DNA of 62,130 nucleotides, filler included, from Globobulimina sp. (GCA_003354225.1; 29 parts of 29 records of this genome joined end to end with filler, not necessarily neighbours in it), one strand, 5' to 3'; positions 10,736 to 23,784 are shown, counted from the whole stretch's first letter. Notes: generated by a model from the sequence alone, not told the origin. Numbers and translations: made by a program.

Positions 10736-12705
10736 ATAAAAAGCAATCAAAAGTACGTGATAATGATGTTGATTATGTAGCAATCGCTCGCGGTTTATCT
10801 TCCAAAGAGAAAAAATTGAAATTCTCTCGTTTGATTAGACAATCTGGACCAGAAAAACACATATTATGTATTGGAGTATTGTTTACATTTTTAGGTATAT
10901 ATTCTCTCAAATATGTACATGTTTGTATGCCATACTGAATTATTTAATTGAATATATTTATTGCGTTATTACATTTAGGCAGTTTATCGTATTTAGCCAC
11001 ACCAGTTTTAATGGGCAGTATGTTAGATGCAGTATCAAACAGTAATCAAATGCCAAACATTGCCGGTAGACCAACTGAAATATTCTGCAAGATATCTCCG
11101 ATTGGTTGTGATAACGAGAAAGAGTTACTGAAAACAGCAGTGATTACATTATTTTCTATATCTATATTCTCCGCTGTTTGCTCCTTTGGAAAATGGTTTT
11201 CCTTGGAAGTAGCTGGCGAACGCGTTGTGGCACGGTTAAGAAAACAATTATTTTCGTCCATTATCTCGCAAGAAGTGGGTATGTTTGATGTGACCAAAAC
11301 AGGTGAATTAGTAAACAGATTATCATCCGACACAACCATATTAAAGTCTGCGTGCACCACACAGGTTGCTCAGACATTGCAATCCATTGTACAAGTAATC
11401 ATCTCAGTGACCTACGTATTATATTTATCATGGAAGTTAACATTAATTGTTTTATCAGTGCTGCCCATCGTTATTATAGTTGGTAGATTTTATGGTCAAT
11501 ATTATAGAAAACAAAGCAAAATAAACCAAGATAGATTGGCTGAAGCAACCACTGTGGCACAGGAATCCATCGCATTGGTACGCACAGTCAAATCTTTTTC
11601 GCAGGAAAAGTATCAAACAGATCAATATGATGCAGCTATCCATTTAACCTATAAACAAGGCGTAAAAATGGCGTACGCCAACGGTATATGGATGGCGTTT
11701 TTTACTATTATGGCAAATATAGGCATTGGTGCGGTAGTGTGGTATGGTGCGAATCAAGTGATTGACGGACATATGAATCCCGGCGATTTAGCGACCTATG
11801 TTTTACTAACCATACAAATTGGATTCTCCTTTGGTAGATTCATTTCTTTATATTCAACCATTATGAAAGCATTAGGTGCTTCCGAACGAGTGTTCGAATT
11901 AATTGACAGGAACTCATTAATCCCCATTCAAGGCGGCGAGACTAAAGCGGAGTTAATTGGTACTGTGCAATTAAAAAATGTTAAATTCGCATATCCGTCA
12001 CGTAAAGAAATGACTGTTTTACAAGATTTGAGTTTGTCTGTTTTGCCGGGAAAAATTACGTCGTTGGTAGGAGAATCTGGAGGCGGCAAATCAACGGTGG
12101 CTAAGTTGTTAATGCGTTTTTATGATCCGGTGGAGGGTGAGATACTGATCGATGCGAAAGATATTAAAAAATATGATTTGCGATGGTTACATAATCAGAT
12201 TGGATTTGTGAGTCAAGAGCCTGTATTATTTGCAGCAACAATTAAAGAGAATATAATGTATGGATTACAAGGAAATGTTAAGATTACTGATGATATCGTT
12301 GTTGATGCGGCAAAGAAAGCGAATGCGCATGAATTTATAATGTCGTTCCCAGATAAATATGATACTTTAGTGGGCGAAAGAGGCATCAGACTGAGTGGCG
12401 GACAAAAACAAAGAATCGCCATCTCTCGCGCGATTTTAATGGATCCGAAGATATTGCTGCTTGATGAGGCAACATCAGCTTTAGATGCAGAGTCTGAATA
12501 TTTGGTGCAACAGGCTTTGGATAGGATAATGATTGGAAGATCTGTTTTAGTCATCGCCCATAGATTGAGTACTGTTAAAAATGCCCATCAAGTGGTTGTT
12601 ATTGAAAAAGGCAAAGTGGTTGAAATTGGCACTCATACGCAATTAATGCAAAATAAAAATGGATCATATGCAAAATTAGTACAACGTCAGCTATTCACTT
12701 CTTAA
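10736..12705 (+). CDS. ABCB half-transporter (ABCB10/TAP-like), 5'-truncated, intron 10895-10978
   Basis: TMD, then Walker A GESGGGKS, Q-loop VSQEP, LSGGQKQR, LLLDEATSALD and IAHRLST; the 84-nt GT-AG intron joins an upstream exon in frame. Confidence 0.95.
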
Positions 12706-12881
12706 TAAACACATTAATTGAAAAGTTGCATTTTAAAACCAGACATTTACTATATATTTGTTTTAAAATGCAACTAGCTTTNNNNNNNNNNNNNNNNNNN
12801 NNNNNNNNNNNNNNNNNNNNNNNNNTTAATTAATTAANNNNNNNNNNNNNNNNNNNNNNNNNNNNNNNNNNNNNNNNNNNN

Positions 12882-13302
12882 AATCAAAGATAATTAATGT
12901 TCCATCATAATTGCTGTCAACGCGCAAAGAATGGTCATATGGCTCACTGTTACTATGAGTCTGAGAGGCAAAGGTTTTATTAAGTTTCGCATTTGCATTT
13001 GTTTCTATTTCTGTTTCCGTTTTTTTATCTGTTGCTGTTGCTGTTTCTGCTTCGTCTAAAAATAAATCACCATTAGTTGGCGGAGTGGGCGATGACGAAT
13101 CGTACGCGTCTGATGCTGATGAATAGCCATTGGATGGCAATGATGGCACTGACATTGAGGCCACATTAACTGTAATTTCTCTCATTTCTGAGCACCACCG
13201 AAATAAATCATAATCATCTTCTGATGATGGAATTGATGTGGATGAGGATGTGCTACTCGTTTTTCCCATTAATATAGGTGCTGGATAAGGAATATTTGTC
13301 AT
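12882..13302 (-). CDS. Ser/Thr-rich hypothetical protein, 3'-truncated
   Basis: Open frame from MTNIPYP to the contig end; low complexity. Confidence 0.5.
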
Positions 13303-13552
13303 GTAATTACTGGGGTTAAAGTAGAGGTAAAGTTTTAGCTTTTGATTATTGTGATTGAAAAATTTGAAAACGAGACACAAATTTATAACAAGAATAATGA
13401 CAAATTCATAACAAATAATGAGTGTCTGTCAAATTGTAATACAATATAAAATTACGAACATAAAATACACTTTACACACAAATATGCACTCGACTCGATT
13501 CACTCGAACAACACAAAACAACTATAAAATTATATATAATTATGCAATGCAA

Positions 13553-14790
13553 TTATTTCTTAATTGACTCAATATCAACGATTAATTTACATCGATTGTT
13601 TTTATTTCCATTTAATTCTATAAATTTTGAATTAAATAATTTCTCTCTCGCTTGATTATTTGAAAAATTTATAATACATTGTATATTATGCTCAACATTA
13701 TCAATAAATTTAATTTGCCATTCATATTGGGACAAATCCTCCAAATTTGTTAAATATTTAATTAAAAACATTTTAATATCCGCCTCTTGCAAATTAAAAT
13801 CTTTTCTATACAAGAAATGGATTGGAAATATTTGTTTAACATCAATCTGTTGTTTCCATTGTTTGAATTCACGTTTTTTTATAGAAATTGTTTTATTTTT
13901 CCAACAAAATTTCCACTTTATAGCTAAATAAATATATTTGAATAATTATATATATACAAATACAAACACGTATACCTTTTTGCTGCGATTGTAATCTATG
14001 AAATGTTATCCAGACTAATAAGCACATTTTATCAACATTTTTAAGAAATATTTGCTCATTTTCCAGTGTTTCAATATGACCGAATGTATTTATAATTTGT
14101 TGCTTTAAAATCGATATATTCCCTTTTTTATCACTCAATAAAAAAGAAATCGGATATCCATAATTGGTGATTATCCATATTTTGTCATATTCTTCGCATT
14201 CATATTTTTCCTCCTCTTCTTCCTTTATCTCTATATTTTTATCTTTTGCACTGTTTTTGCTTGATTTGGATGAATTTGATCTTGATGAAACTGCAGAATT
14301 TGTCTTTTTATGTTTGGATCTTTTTTTTGATTTCTTTACGAATGTCCCCAATGAGCCGGAATCAATGTGCCGGACGGAAATGCCATGCTTTTTTTCCTCA
14401 TTCTCACTTCTTTCCATATCAATAACATTTATATGTTTTGCAGTAATAAGTATTCCATAATCTTTTTTGGCATAAAAATATTTTATTCCATTAATGGTAC
14501 CATTTGTTGACCCAATTTTTTTATTCAATTGAATGCCAAACCAATTCCCTTTTTGTAGTATCCGCTTAAATGTGGGAATTCCAATATATTTCACAGTTCC
14601 TTCACAGTTATATTTGCCTTTGATTTTTACTGTATCGCCAATACTGATTCGTGGCGATTTTATATTTGGATATTCGACGCAATGTATTCTTGCTCTCTTT
14701 ACAAATATCCCTTTTTTAATTCCACACCGAAAGTATTCAATTTTATTATGTTTTCCATCATTTTTGCCATGGCCCGATGCTAATTTATTG
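13553..14790 (-). CDS. Tandem CAP-Gly domain protein (spliced; boundaries approximate)
   Basis: Upstream in-frame GKNDGKHNKIEYFRCGIKKGIFV; second domain IGDTVKIK...GTVKYIG...WFGIQL...GSTNGTINGIKYF. Confidence 0.75.
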
Positions 14791-15027
14791 ATTAATAGTC
14801 AGTAATATCATCAGTCAAAACAACATCGATCAACAAACAGAACAAAAAACAAACAAAATGATTTTTTTATTTCTAGTCTGCTCTATTTTTTTGTTCGATA
14901 TCCTGTTCGTTTTTTGGTTGTTGATATNNNNNNNNNNNNNNNNNNNNNNNNNNNNNNNNNNNNNNNNNNNNTTAATTAATTAANNNNNNNNNNNNNNNNN
15001 NNNNNNNNNNNNNNNNNNNNNNNNNNN

Positions 15028-16713
15028 TTCCGATTCAAATCACAATAATCTACTTCCCACAACAACAAAAACACCAAAACAAACAGAAAACAATCAACCA
15101 CTGCCACTGCCATTGCCACCGTTAAAACCAGCATCGATTCAATCATCTGCCAATGGCAAAGAAATCGATACCAATAAACCACCAAAGCTGTCATCAATAT
15201 CCTTTCACGGATTAAGAGCATGTTATCCCCCTTCAATCTATAAAGAAGATTATAAAAATGTGTTAAAGGAAGTGATTGCTGGAATAATTGTATCCTTTGC
15301 GCAAGTTCCAGAATCAATATCCTTTGCAATGTTGGCCAGTTTACCCGCCATATTCGGCTTGCATTCCGCGTGGTTGATTGGGGGATTAATAGCTTTGACC
15401 GGAGGCCGACCGGGCATGATTTCTGGAGCTACAGTTATGTCACAGAACTATATCAATTAAATTATATCAACTCTATATACCGCATATAGGGAGGAATGGG
15501 TGCCATATTATCACCGATTATGAAGGACCCTGACTTAGGTATCAATTACCTGCCATATACAATTATTTTCAGTGGCGTATTGATAACCGTTTGCGGACTG
15601 TGTGGCATTGCAAAATTTGCTCGTTTGATCCCGCAACCGGTAATGATTGGGTTCCTCAATGGTTTGGCTATCATCATATTCAAATCGCAATTTCATCTGT
15701 TCCATCATGCGCATGGTTGGGAGGATTATTTAGCCGCAACTTTGTTAGCTCTGACAACTTTTTTCGTGGTTCAATTCTTGCCCAAACTAACAAAGTTTAT
15801 CCCATCTTCTTTGGCAGCAATTGTGGTGGCCACAGTTTTGGAATATTTACTCATTCGAATGGTGATTGGTTACCATACGCCATTGATTGGTGAGATGAGT
15901 GACATTGCAGGAGATTGGCCGCAGCCTTTTTGGCATGCAATATATGGCCAACATGAATATTTTACACATTTGCCAGCTTTGAGCAGTGTGCAAACGTGGC
16001 GCAAACTAATAACACCGGTGATATTGGTTACGTTGGTGTCCATCATTGAGGATGCTATGACTATGGACGTTGTGACAGAGTTAACCCACACAAAGATGAA
16101 GCATTTGGCGCGACATACAAAACAGCAGCAGGTTGCCATGGGCATTGCCAATGTTATCGGCGGTTTGTTGTCGACAATGGGAGGACATGGTATTTATATT
16201 TAATTTGCTTTTTTTTTATGATTATAGTACGATGTTTGTTGTATGGAACAGGTGCCATTGGCTTAAGTATGGTGTCATGTCATAGTGGGAGTACAGGAGT
16301 TTATCGCATCTCTGGTCTGATTGCGTGCGTTTTGGTGTTTATTATCGTTATGTTTGCCGCTCCAATCATTGACGCAGTGCCTTATGCTGCTTTGGTTGGC
16401 ATTATGTTGGCTGTGGTCGGTCATACTTTTGAATGGAAGTCCATACCGATGGTGATCTCATCCTTTCTGCCGCGAAAACTCAGGTTTGCACAATGCTTTT
16501 GTAGAACATTCTAATTTAAATGGTTTTGTGTGTATATATAACTGTATATATTTTAGACGCAAACTGCCGGCGTGTATGCGAGAGACGAAAATACGCAGAG
16601 GCGATGCCATTGTGATTGTGGTAGTGACCGTTGTTGTGGTTACTGTAAACTTGGCCTATGCGGTGTTGTTAGGGATGGTCATAGAAAGTTTAATATATAG
16701 TTGGTACTCATAA
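15028..16713 (+). CDS. SLC26/SulP anion transporter with introns 15434-15489, 16190-16251 and 16484-16556
   Basis: EVIAGIIVSFAQVPESISFA, GGRPGMISGAT, PVMIGFLNGLA and GIANVIGG motifs; the three GT-AG introns restore one frame; ends uncertain. Confidence 0.9.
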
Positions 16714-16927
16714 AGAATACGTACATATCCATCATATGAGGGATAAACGGCATATTCGGAAATTTAGCGACTGCAGAGCTTGGTCATATTTAGGCAATAA
16801 TAAATAAATGACACCCCAAAATCTAAGGCAAACAGTAATTCAGTACAAAAAAAATCAATAACCCCTTGACTGTCGTACCAACTTTTGTAAAACATGATGA
16901 GATTGTCGTTGATACCATGTATTTAAA

Positions 16928-16980
16928 TCATCATCTTCCTCATCCTCATCCTCATCCTCATCCTCATCCTCATCCTCCTC
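16928..16980. repeat. (CATCCT)n hexamer microsatellite
   Basis: Directly visible; reads as an ED repeat on the minus strand. Confidence 0.85.
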
Positions 16981-17173
16981 TGGTTCATCATCAGTCCTAT
17001 ATGGCCCACCATAATTGAGTTCAAACACCATACACGTTGAGGCACACAAATCCTCCCAAACCATATCATATTCNNNNNNNNNNNNNNNNNNNNNNNNNNN
17101 NNNNNNNNNNNNNNNNNTTAATTAATTAANNNNNNNNNNNNNNNNNNNNNNNNNNNNNNNNNNNNNNNNNNNN

Positions 17174-17287
17174 TTTGCGGTATGTACATGAATATAAGCG
17201 ATATATTTGATATATGGATAACGGGGAATAAATGCAGAGGAATACAATCAATGTGATGATAACCAATATGTTTTCAAATGATGTCAT
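17174..17287 (-). CDS. N-terminus of a membrane protein, 3'-truncated
   Basis: MTSFENILVIITLIVFLCIYSPLSIYQIYRLY reads as a first TM helix and runs off the contig. Confidence 0.5.
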
Positions 17288-17330
17288 GTTAAATCTACAA
17301 TTAAAGTCGAAAACTTTTCTGTTTAGAACA

Positions 17331-18899
17331 ATGGAGCCACAGATCACAGAAACAAACGATACTATGACGAATGACAACGTTGACCAACATCCAATAGAAT
17401 TAGAAACCACAGAAACAAAGGTTAATGCGACAAGTGATAACGTGGCTGCTGTAGAATTACAAACCGCAGAAACAACAGAAAATACCGCGAATGGTGACGT
17501 TGAACAGCATGCATGTAAAACAGCAGAGGAACTACAAAAAATGATGTTAAAATCATCAAGACCGACTGTCAGAGATCTAATGAATAGCAAAGTGACATGG
17601 CGAGAATTTTTAGGCGTTTATAATGTGCTAAGAATTGGTATTGCAGCCTTTGTGGCGGTCTTAATCTGGCTAAGCATGTTTGGAATGGCATATTTATTAA
17701 ATCCCAACACCTGCAAAAAGCAGCGAACATCACCTCGTCGCTTTCAATATGATCCAATCGCAAATATGATAATGTTAGCTTGGCTTTTTTCATTGGCGAT
17801 AATTCCAATTATCAAAATAATGGGTCATGAATTTTTATTTTCGCGCAAAAAAATAAATATCTTGTCTTTAATTGCAATTCTTGTGCTTTTTTTTACTTTA
17901 TTTGCTTACGGTTTGTTACTCAATGTAGCCATTGCAACATACATATACCTCGTATTTCTTTCAATGTTTAGTGTCATTCTCATTTATTTGTTTATTACTG
18001 GCGGTTTCTACATTGTTTGGCTGATGTTTCCCTTCGTGATTGTGATGATATTAGCTTTTATGATCATATTTGCGTTTAATTGGTTGTTTTACAATGTTGT
18101 AACACCGTCGTCGCCCTTTTTCGGTGTGACTTATACTTTAATGATAACAATATTGGAATCGGCAGTGTTAAAGTTTACGCATTTTGCGTTTCCGTATAAA
18201 TGGGGCAAATGCTGTACGTGTCCCTGGAATCGCAATAAATTGCGCAGAATGGCGTCCTCTGTCGAGACTCAACTGTCTGATTTGGTGTTGTATTATTATT
18301 CAATGATACTTATGGCAGCAATTGAGTCGATGAGAGTGACTGGTTATGTTTTGGTGAAAGATGAACATTTTGGATTTGGTGGTTTGATTGTGATGGTTCT
18401 AAGTTCGATTGTGTTTGAATGCATTTCACGCAATAATTTAATGTGGGAAATTCTATATCGATGTATTTTAAATAACAAAGTATGTCCAGGATGGGAGAGA
18501 ACGTATTGTATATGGTACGGTGCTAAATACCAAGGCGAATATATACCAATTTGGTGCATTTTATTTATGACATTGTTTAAATATGGACCATTTAAGCAAT
18601 GTGGACATGTTCGAGATGCTCAATTAGCTGAAAATGTGAATATTGATGGAGATTATTGGGTTTTTTTTGTGATGGTCGGAGCGGAATTGTTTTCTGATGT
18701 TACTGCAGAAATTGTGTTAAAAATTGGACGATATTTTAAATGGTTTGGAGTGAAAGACGAAAATGATGAGGATTTACCGAGAAAAACGATTTTTGTAAAT
18801 GTTAATTTAGTACCTTCAATATGGATACATGTGCATTGTTATGTTGTTTCATTTGTTGCTTTTGGTTTGGATAATAGTATTAGAAATCCTTTGGATTGA
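17331..18899 (+). CDS. Polytopic membrane protein of unknown family
   Basis: Acidic N-terminal tail followed by about 10 hydrophobic segments; no intron evident. Confidence 0.75.
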   Translation: MEPQITETNDTMTNDNVDQHPIELETTETKVNATSDNVAAVELQTAETTENTANGDVEQHACKTAEELQKMMLKSSRPTVRDLMNSKVTWREFLGVYNVLRIGIAAFVAVLIWLSMFGMAYLLNPNTCKKQRTSPRRFQYDPIANMIMLAWLFSLAIIPIIKIMGHEFLFSRKKINILSLIAILVLFFTLFAYGLLLNVAIATYIYLVFLSMFSVILIYLFITGGFYIVWLMFPFVIVMILAFMIIFAFNWLFYNVVTPSSPFFGVTYTLMITILESAVLKFTHFAFPYKWGKCCTCPWNRNKLRRMASSVETQLSDLVLYYYSMILMAAIESMRVTGYVLVKDEHFGFGGLIVMVLSSIVFECISRNNLMWEILYRCILNNKVCPGWERTYCIWYGAKYQGEYIPIWCILFMTLFKYGPFKQCGHVRDAQLAENVNIDGDYWVFFVMVGAELFSDVTAEIVLKIGRYFKWFGVKDENDEDLPRKTIFVNVNLVPSIWIHVHCYVVSFVAFGLDNSIRNPLD

Positions 18900-19445
18900 T
18901 TTTCAATTTTCCACCACCTCCGAACGTGTACGTGTGAATATGATTGTGTGTGTGTATATTTTTGGATGTTTAATGAATATTTGTCGTTTATGAGTGAGAG
19001 ACCAGTGATTGAGTGCCATTGACTTTTTAGGTTCACACTTCTAAACACTTTGTTACTGCGATAAAATGGTGTTAGAGTTTGCAGATTTAGCTCTCGTGAA
19101 TTCTAGAATCAGTGCAAATCTGTGTATACCAAATCTATCAACCAGGAAATCGGTACTCTGACGCTGAACGTTTCTGTTTCGTATTTGACAACGACTAAAT
19201 ATGCTGAGCACTGTCACATNNNNNNNNNNNNNNNNNNNNNNNNNNNNNNNNNNNNNNNNNNNNTTAATTAATTAANNNNNNNNNNNNNNNNNNNNNNNNN
19301 NNNNNNNNNNNNNNNNNNNGGCACAATAAAACCGATTACCCTCTCGCTTGACAAGCGGCTATGTGTGGCCACTATAGTATTTTATCAGAGGTCAGTTATA
19401 TCGCGTTTGGTAACGTGTTTCTAAAAACAAAGTTTTTCGCACCAA

Positions 19446-19490
19446 GGGGGTGCGTCTTAGGCGCGTAGCGCCGCACCCCCGAGTTCTGGT
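19446..19490 (+). other. GC-rich hairpin followed by CTGG-T (candidate Helitron 3' end)
   Basis: GGGGGTGCG (19446-54) pairs with CGCACCCCC (19472-80); inner GCGC-GTA-GCGC; 5-nt spacer; CTGG then T. Confidence 0.4.
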
Positions 19491-19732
19491 TTATTGATTG
19501 GGTTTATGGGAAAAAAAATACAAAACACAAAACAAAACAAAAAAATCTATCAAATCCATCCATAACAATTCCATGATATTCTAGTGATTGATATTGGAGT
19601 ATTTGAATATCTCCAAAACGAGACACGCCATCATGAGTAACTAAGTAAGTAAAAACCTTTTGTTTTTTGCATCTTTAATCATGGATGCCACAAAGTCAAC
19701 CAAATCCAACCAAATCATTTATTATGGCAAGC

Positions 19733-20121
19733 GCGGTTATGGCGGTGGATTTGGCGTGGATTTGGCGGTGGGATTGGGCGTGGTTATGGCGGTGGGATTG
19801 GGCGTGGTTATGTCGTTGGGATTTGGCGGTGGGATTTTTCGTGGTTATGGGATTTTGCGTGGTTATGGCGGTGGGATTTTGCGTGTATTTGGCGGTGGGA
19901 TTTTGCGTGTATTTGGCAGTGGGATTGGGCGTGTATTTGGCAGTGGGATTGGGCGTGTATTTGGCAGTGGGATTTTGCGTGGATTTGGCAGTGGGATTTT
20001 GCGTGGATTTGGCGGTGGGATTTTGCGTGGTTATGGCGGTGGGATTGGGCGTGGTTATTGCGGTGGATTTGGCCGTGGATTTGGCTGTGGATTTGGCGGT
20101 GGCATTGGCGTGGTTATGGTG
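19733..20121. repeat. Degenerate 24-nt (12-nt-derived) G/T-rich minisatellite
   Basis: Unit approximately TTTGGCRGTGGGATTTTGCGTGGA; open in several frames. Confidence 0.9.
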
Positions 20122-20538
20122 GTTTGAGGGTTTGGGAGGCGGTGGATTTGAGGGTTGGGAGCGTTTCAGATTTTACTGCATGTACAAAATCCTGAAACGT
20201 TCCTATTTTACTGTCCCTAGGCCACGTAAACAGCTCCTTTTTTGAGACGTAAAGTTGTTTTACTGGTGTTTTTTTTGGTAAAGAATTAAGCGGAACAAAG
20301 GCAACAATTAAAAAGTACAAACGGAGTCATTTGGCATCTTACAACAAACACAAAAAAAAGCAAAAAAATGAATATTATAATTGTTTTTTCTTCGGAAAAG
20401 AATTTCATTCTCAAAACAATCAAATTCGAAATGTTTTTAAAGAATTATAAAAAAAAAGGTAAATTATTTGAAACAGTGAGATTAAACATTGAATTGAGTC
20501 ATATTAAACATGCAAATTATTAAATACAACCACTAGCT

Positions 20539-21365
20539 TTATAATCGATTGCTTCCTCTTCTTTGCAATCCGTTATTTAATTTGCGCCTTTTCTGCGCCT
20601 GTGGCTGATGATGAGAATGTGAGTGCGAATGCGACGAATGTGGATTATTAATCACTTGGCCTCGGTACGCATTCACTTCCGCAGTCAACTTGGAAATGGT
20701 CTGTTGCTGATCATTGATTTGATACACATACGTATTGCATTTCTGTTTCAATTTTTTATAGTTGGACTCGCTGGTTTGCAGCATCCGTTTGTATTCCATC
20801 GACGTCGCCTCCAATTTCTTATAACTCGCCACCAAGTCCTGATACTCTGTCATGAACTTATTATTATTGTTATTATTCATTGCATTGTTATTGTTGTAGG
20901 TGGCTCGATGGTGATTGCTGCGTTGAAACAGGATATTATTTATAGAATTGCTCGCATTCTGCTTATTGACATTCACATTATTATTGATCTGCAATATGGG
21001 CGCATTGCTGTTGCCATTGCCCGACGCATTGCGTGTCAGCGCATTCATTTTCAATGCATTATTATTCGTGTTGTTGTTTGTGATTTGTTGTTGTTGCATA
21101 TTCCGACAGCGTTGATATCTATCAATGTAATTATTGAATTGATTTTGCGGTACATTATTATTGGGCGGAGGTGCCAAATTCATCTGATTCATAGCTAGAT
21201 TGTTTGTATTTGGTTGGCCCAATTCCGCTTTTTTATATAAGTAGGAATAGTTCGGACCGCTCGATTCGTCACTTTCTGCTTTCGAGGATGCATTAACCGA
21301 TTCAGTCTCGTTCATTTTTTCACTGCGGACTGTTGCTGTGAGTTCGTTTGGATTTGGATCGGCAC
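20539..21365 (-). CDS. Asn/Gln-rich protein with C-terminal coiled coil and NLS-like KRRK, probably 5'-truncated
   Basis: Poly-N/Q tracts, heptad region YQDLVASYKKLE...ISKLTAEV, QKRRKL. Confidence 0.65.
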
Positions 21366-21465
21366 NNNNNNNNNNNNNNNNNNNNNNNNNNNNNNNNNNN
21401 NNNNNNNNNTTAATTAATTAANNNNNNNNNNNNNNNNNNNNNNNNNNNNNNNNNNNNNNNNNNNN

Positions 21466-23337
21466 CAGGCAACGATCGTAGAAAAATAATATGTGATTCA
21501 CCAAATAGAAACGATGCGATTGTGCAATGTATTGGATCATTAGAGACTGAATATAAACCAGATAAAAAATTGAAAAAAACAGAAAAAACGCATGGAACTG
21601 GTACAGTAATTCATTGTGATGCAACAAACAAAATATATATTTTAACTGTTGCGCATAATGTACGAGCCAATGAAAGAGAATGTAAAAAATGCAAAACAAA
21701 AACATTACATAAAATATGTCCAAAACAAAATTGTAATGGATCCACAAAGCAAACAAAGAAATTAGTTAAACCAAAAAAGATTTATTTTTCACGAAGAGGT
21801 ACTAAAAGCGATTCAAATTTAGGTGAATGTATTGAAGTATATCAAGCAAAAAAACATGAAATCCCAAAATTATATGAAAATTTTCCAAAGCCATATAATG
21901 GATTTGATATTTGTATAATTATTTGCCAGTGCTCAAAAGCTGATAATGTATCTTTTTATAAACAAAATTGTGCAAATATTTGTTTAGCAAATGACACATC
22001 GTTTGGAGGGAAGGCGTCACCATTATATATCTATGGTTATCCGTATGATAAACGGGAAAAGAAAAATTTTAGAACATATTATTATATGTTTGGGCATGGC
22101 GCAGGCGATAATGACGACGATTCTGATGACGATAAATCGGAGGATTCTATTCAAGAGAGGACGTGTTTTACATTTCATTGGAGTGCAGGCAGTGATAAAT
22201 TGATTATAATTAATACAGGTATCGATACATCGTTCGGTCAGAGTGGCTCTATATTATATTCCTATAATGGTGGGGATGAATCATCTTTTTTGATATATGG
22301 TGTTCATTCCGGTGGGTCAGCGACGAGGAAGTTAAATTTTGCAACTTTTTTGGATAATGCAACGTTGAGATGGATTCAAAACATTTTTGCTGCAAATAAT
22401 GTGCAAAATGTATCTGGTAAATTGAAAATGGGAACCATGGATTATACGTTTAGAAGAATTAAAGACTGGACCAATGAAGACACAGTCAAATGGATGCAAA
22501 CTGTACGATTACCCGTGAAATGGCAAGCATTGATGGTTCAGACAATAAGGGATTGTGGTCGTAAAGGAGTGGATTTGGTAACTTCAGAAACAGCAAAGGA
22601 TATTGGTGAGTTATTTGGTATTAAGAATCCAATGTTATATAATCGAGTATTCAAAGCAATAAAACAAGCACAGCAGAAAGAAAATGATAAAATATTTTCA
22701 AGTATATGTATATCAAGAAAACCTAAACAGGAAAGAAAGAGGTGGATACAATTTAAAAAATATGGTTTGATTAAATCAAAAAAATCAGATTGTTTAACTG
22801 GATATAATGAGGAAGATTTAATTGATAGAGCGGAGATTGGATGTGGAGAGAAACATGCTATGGCTGCGGAAACAATGTATAATTATATTGCTGCTTTGCA
22901 AAAGAATTCAACTTTGACAAATATACCATGTCCACATTGCAAAACACCATTGGATTGGAATAAATGTACACAAATTGCTGATATGACGCCATCAGAGTAT
23001 GCTAAGTGGACACAAGTTTTGCAACCACCTGAATTTCATTTACAATTATATGGTCAGGGCAGGAAGTGTGCACTGCAAAAAGTGACAGGAGATACGACCA
23101 TATTTAGAGTAAAAGAGTTATATAAAATGGAGACTGGTATTTGTACAAATATAGAGGATATTGTTGTTTCTTTTAAGGGTTACAAGTTGCAATCAGATGT
23201 ATGTATATTTACCTCTCTGTAATCAAAAATAGAAAAACCAAATAAACATCAATGTATATATGCAGAGAACGTTGGCAGCATTGGGCATTGATAAAAATAG
23301 TTTTCTAGTAATGATACATAGGATATATGGAAATTGA
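21466..23337 (+). CDS. V8-like trypsin-fold serine protease with SAM, RING-like and ubiquitin-like domains; 5'-truncated; intron 23199-23265
   Basis: Triad motifs TVAH (His 21654), FDICI and DTSFGQSGS (Ser 22242), plus GVH. SAM-like DWTNEDTVKW...FGIKNPMLYNRVFKAI. C..GCGEKH...CPHC. Spliced tail KGYKLQSD|RTLAALGIDKNSFLVMIHRIYGN*. Confidence 0.8.
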
Positions 23338-23668
23338 ACTATAACAATATTTGTTTTGTTTGACGTGTATTATCTTAAAGTTTTGAACAACGTTCGTTTT
23401 AGTATCAAATTTTGAATTTTGTGTACATAAAATATAAAAATACAACAACATATTATTGGAGCTGCTGTATTGGTGCCACCATACAATCATAGTCATAGCT
23501 ACCGCATGGCCNNNNNNNNNNNNNNNNNNNNNNNNNNNNNNNNNNNNNNNNNNNNTTAATTAATTAANNNNNNNNNNNNNNNNNNNNNNNNNNNNNNNNN
23601 NNNNNNNNNNNCTGACCAAATAAATCCGAGAATTATAAAAACGTTTTCAGTCTTTCTGAATCCATGCT

Positions 23669-23738
23669 TCTTGCCTCTGGGTATATCTTGCTTTTATGTC
23701 TATCTTGCCTCTGTGTCTATCTTGCCTCTGAGTCTATC
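23669..23738 (+). repeat. 17-bp tandem repeat, 4 copies (TCTTGCCTCTGTGTCTA)
   Basis: Directly visible. Confidence 0.85.
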
Positions 23739-23784
23739 GCCCCACAATGCAACTCTGTTGCCCCCCTAATACATGTTAAAGTAA

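Noticed and set aside
20623-21198. 191-aa plus-strand ORF and similar antisense ORFs (e.g. 11046-11360, 14164-14460, 53858-54457)
   Set aside because: Shadows of better-supported genes on the opposite strand
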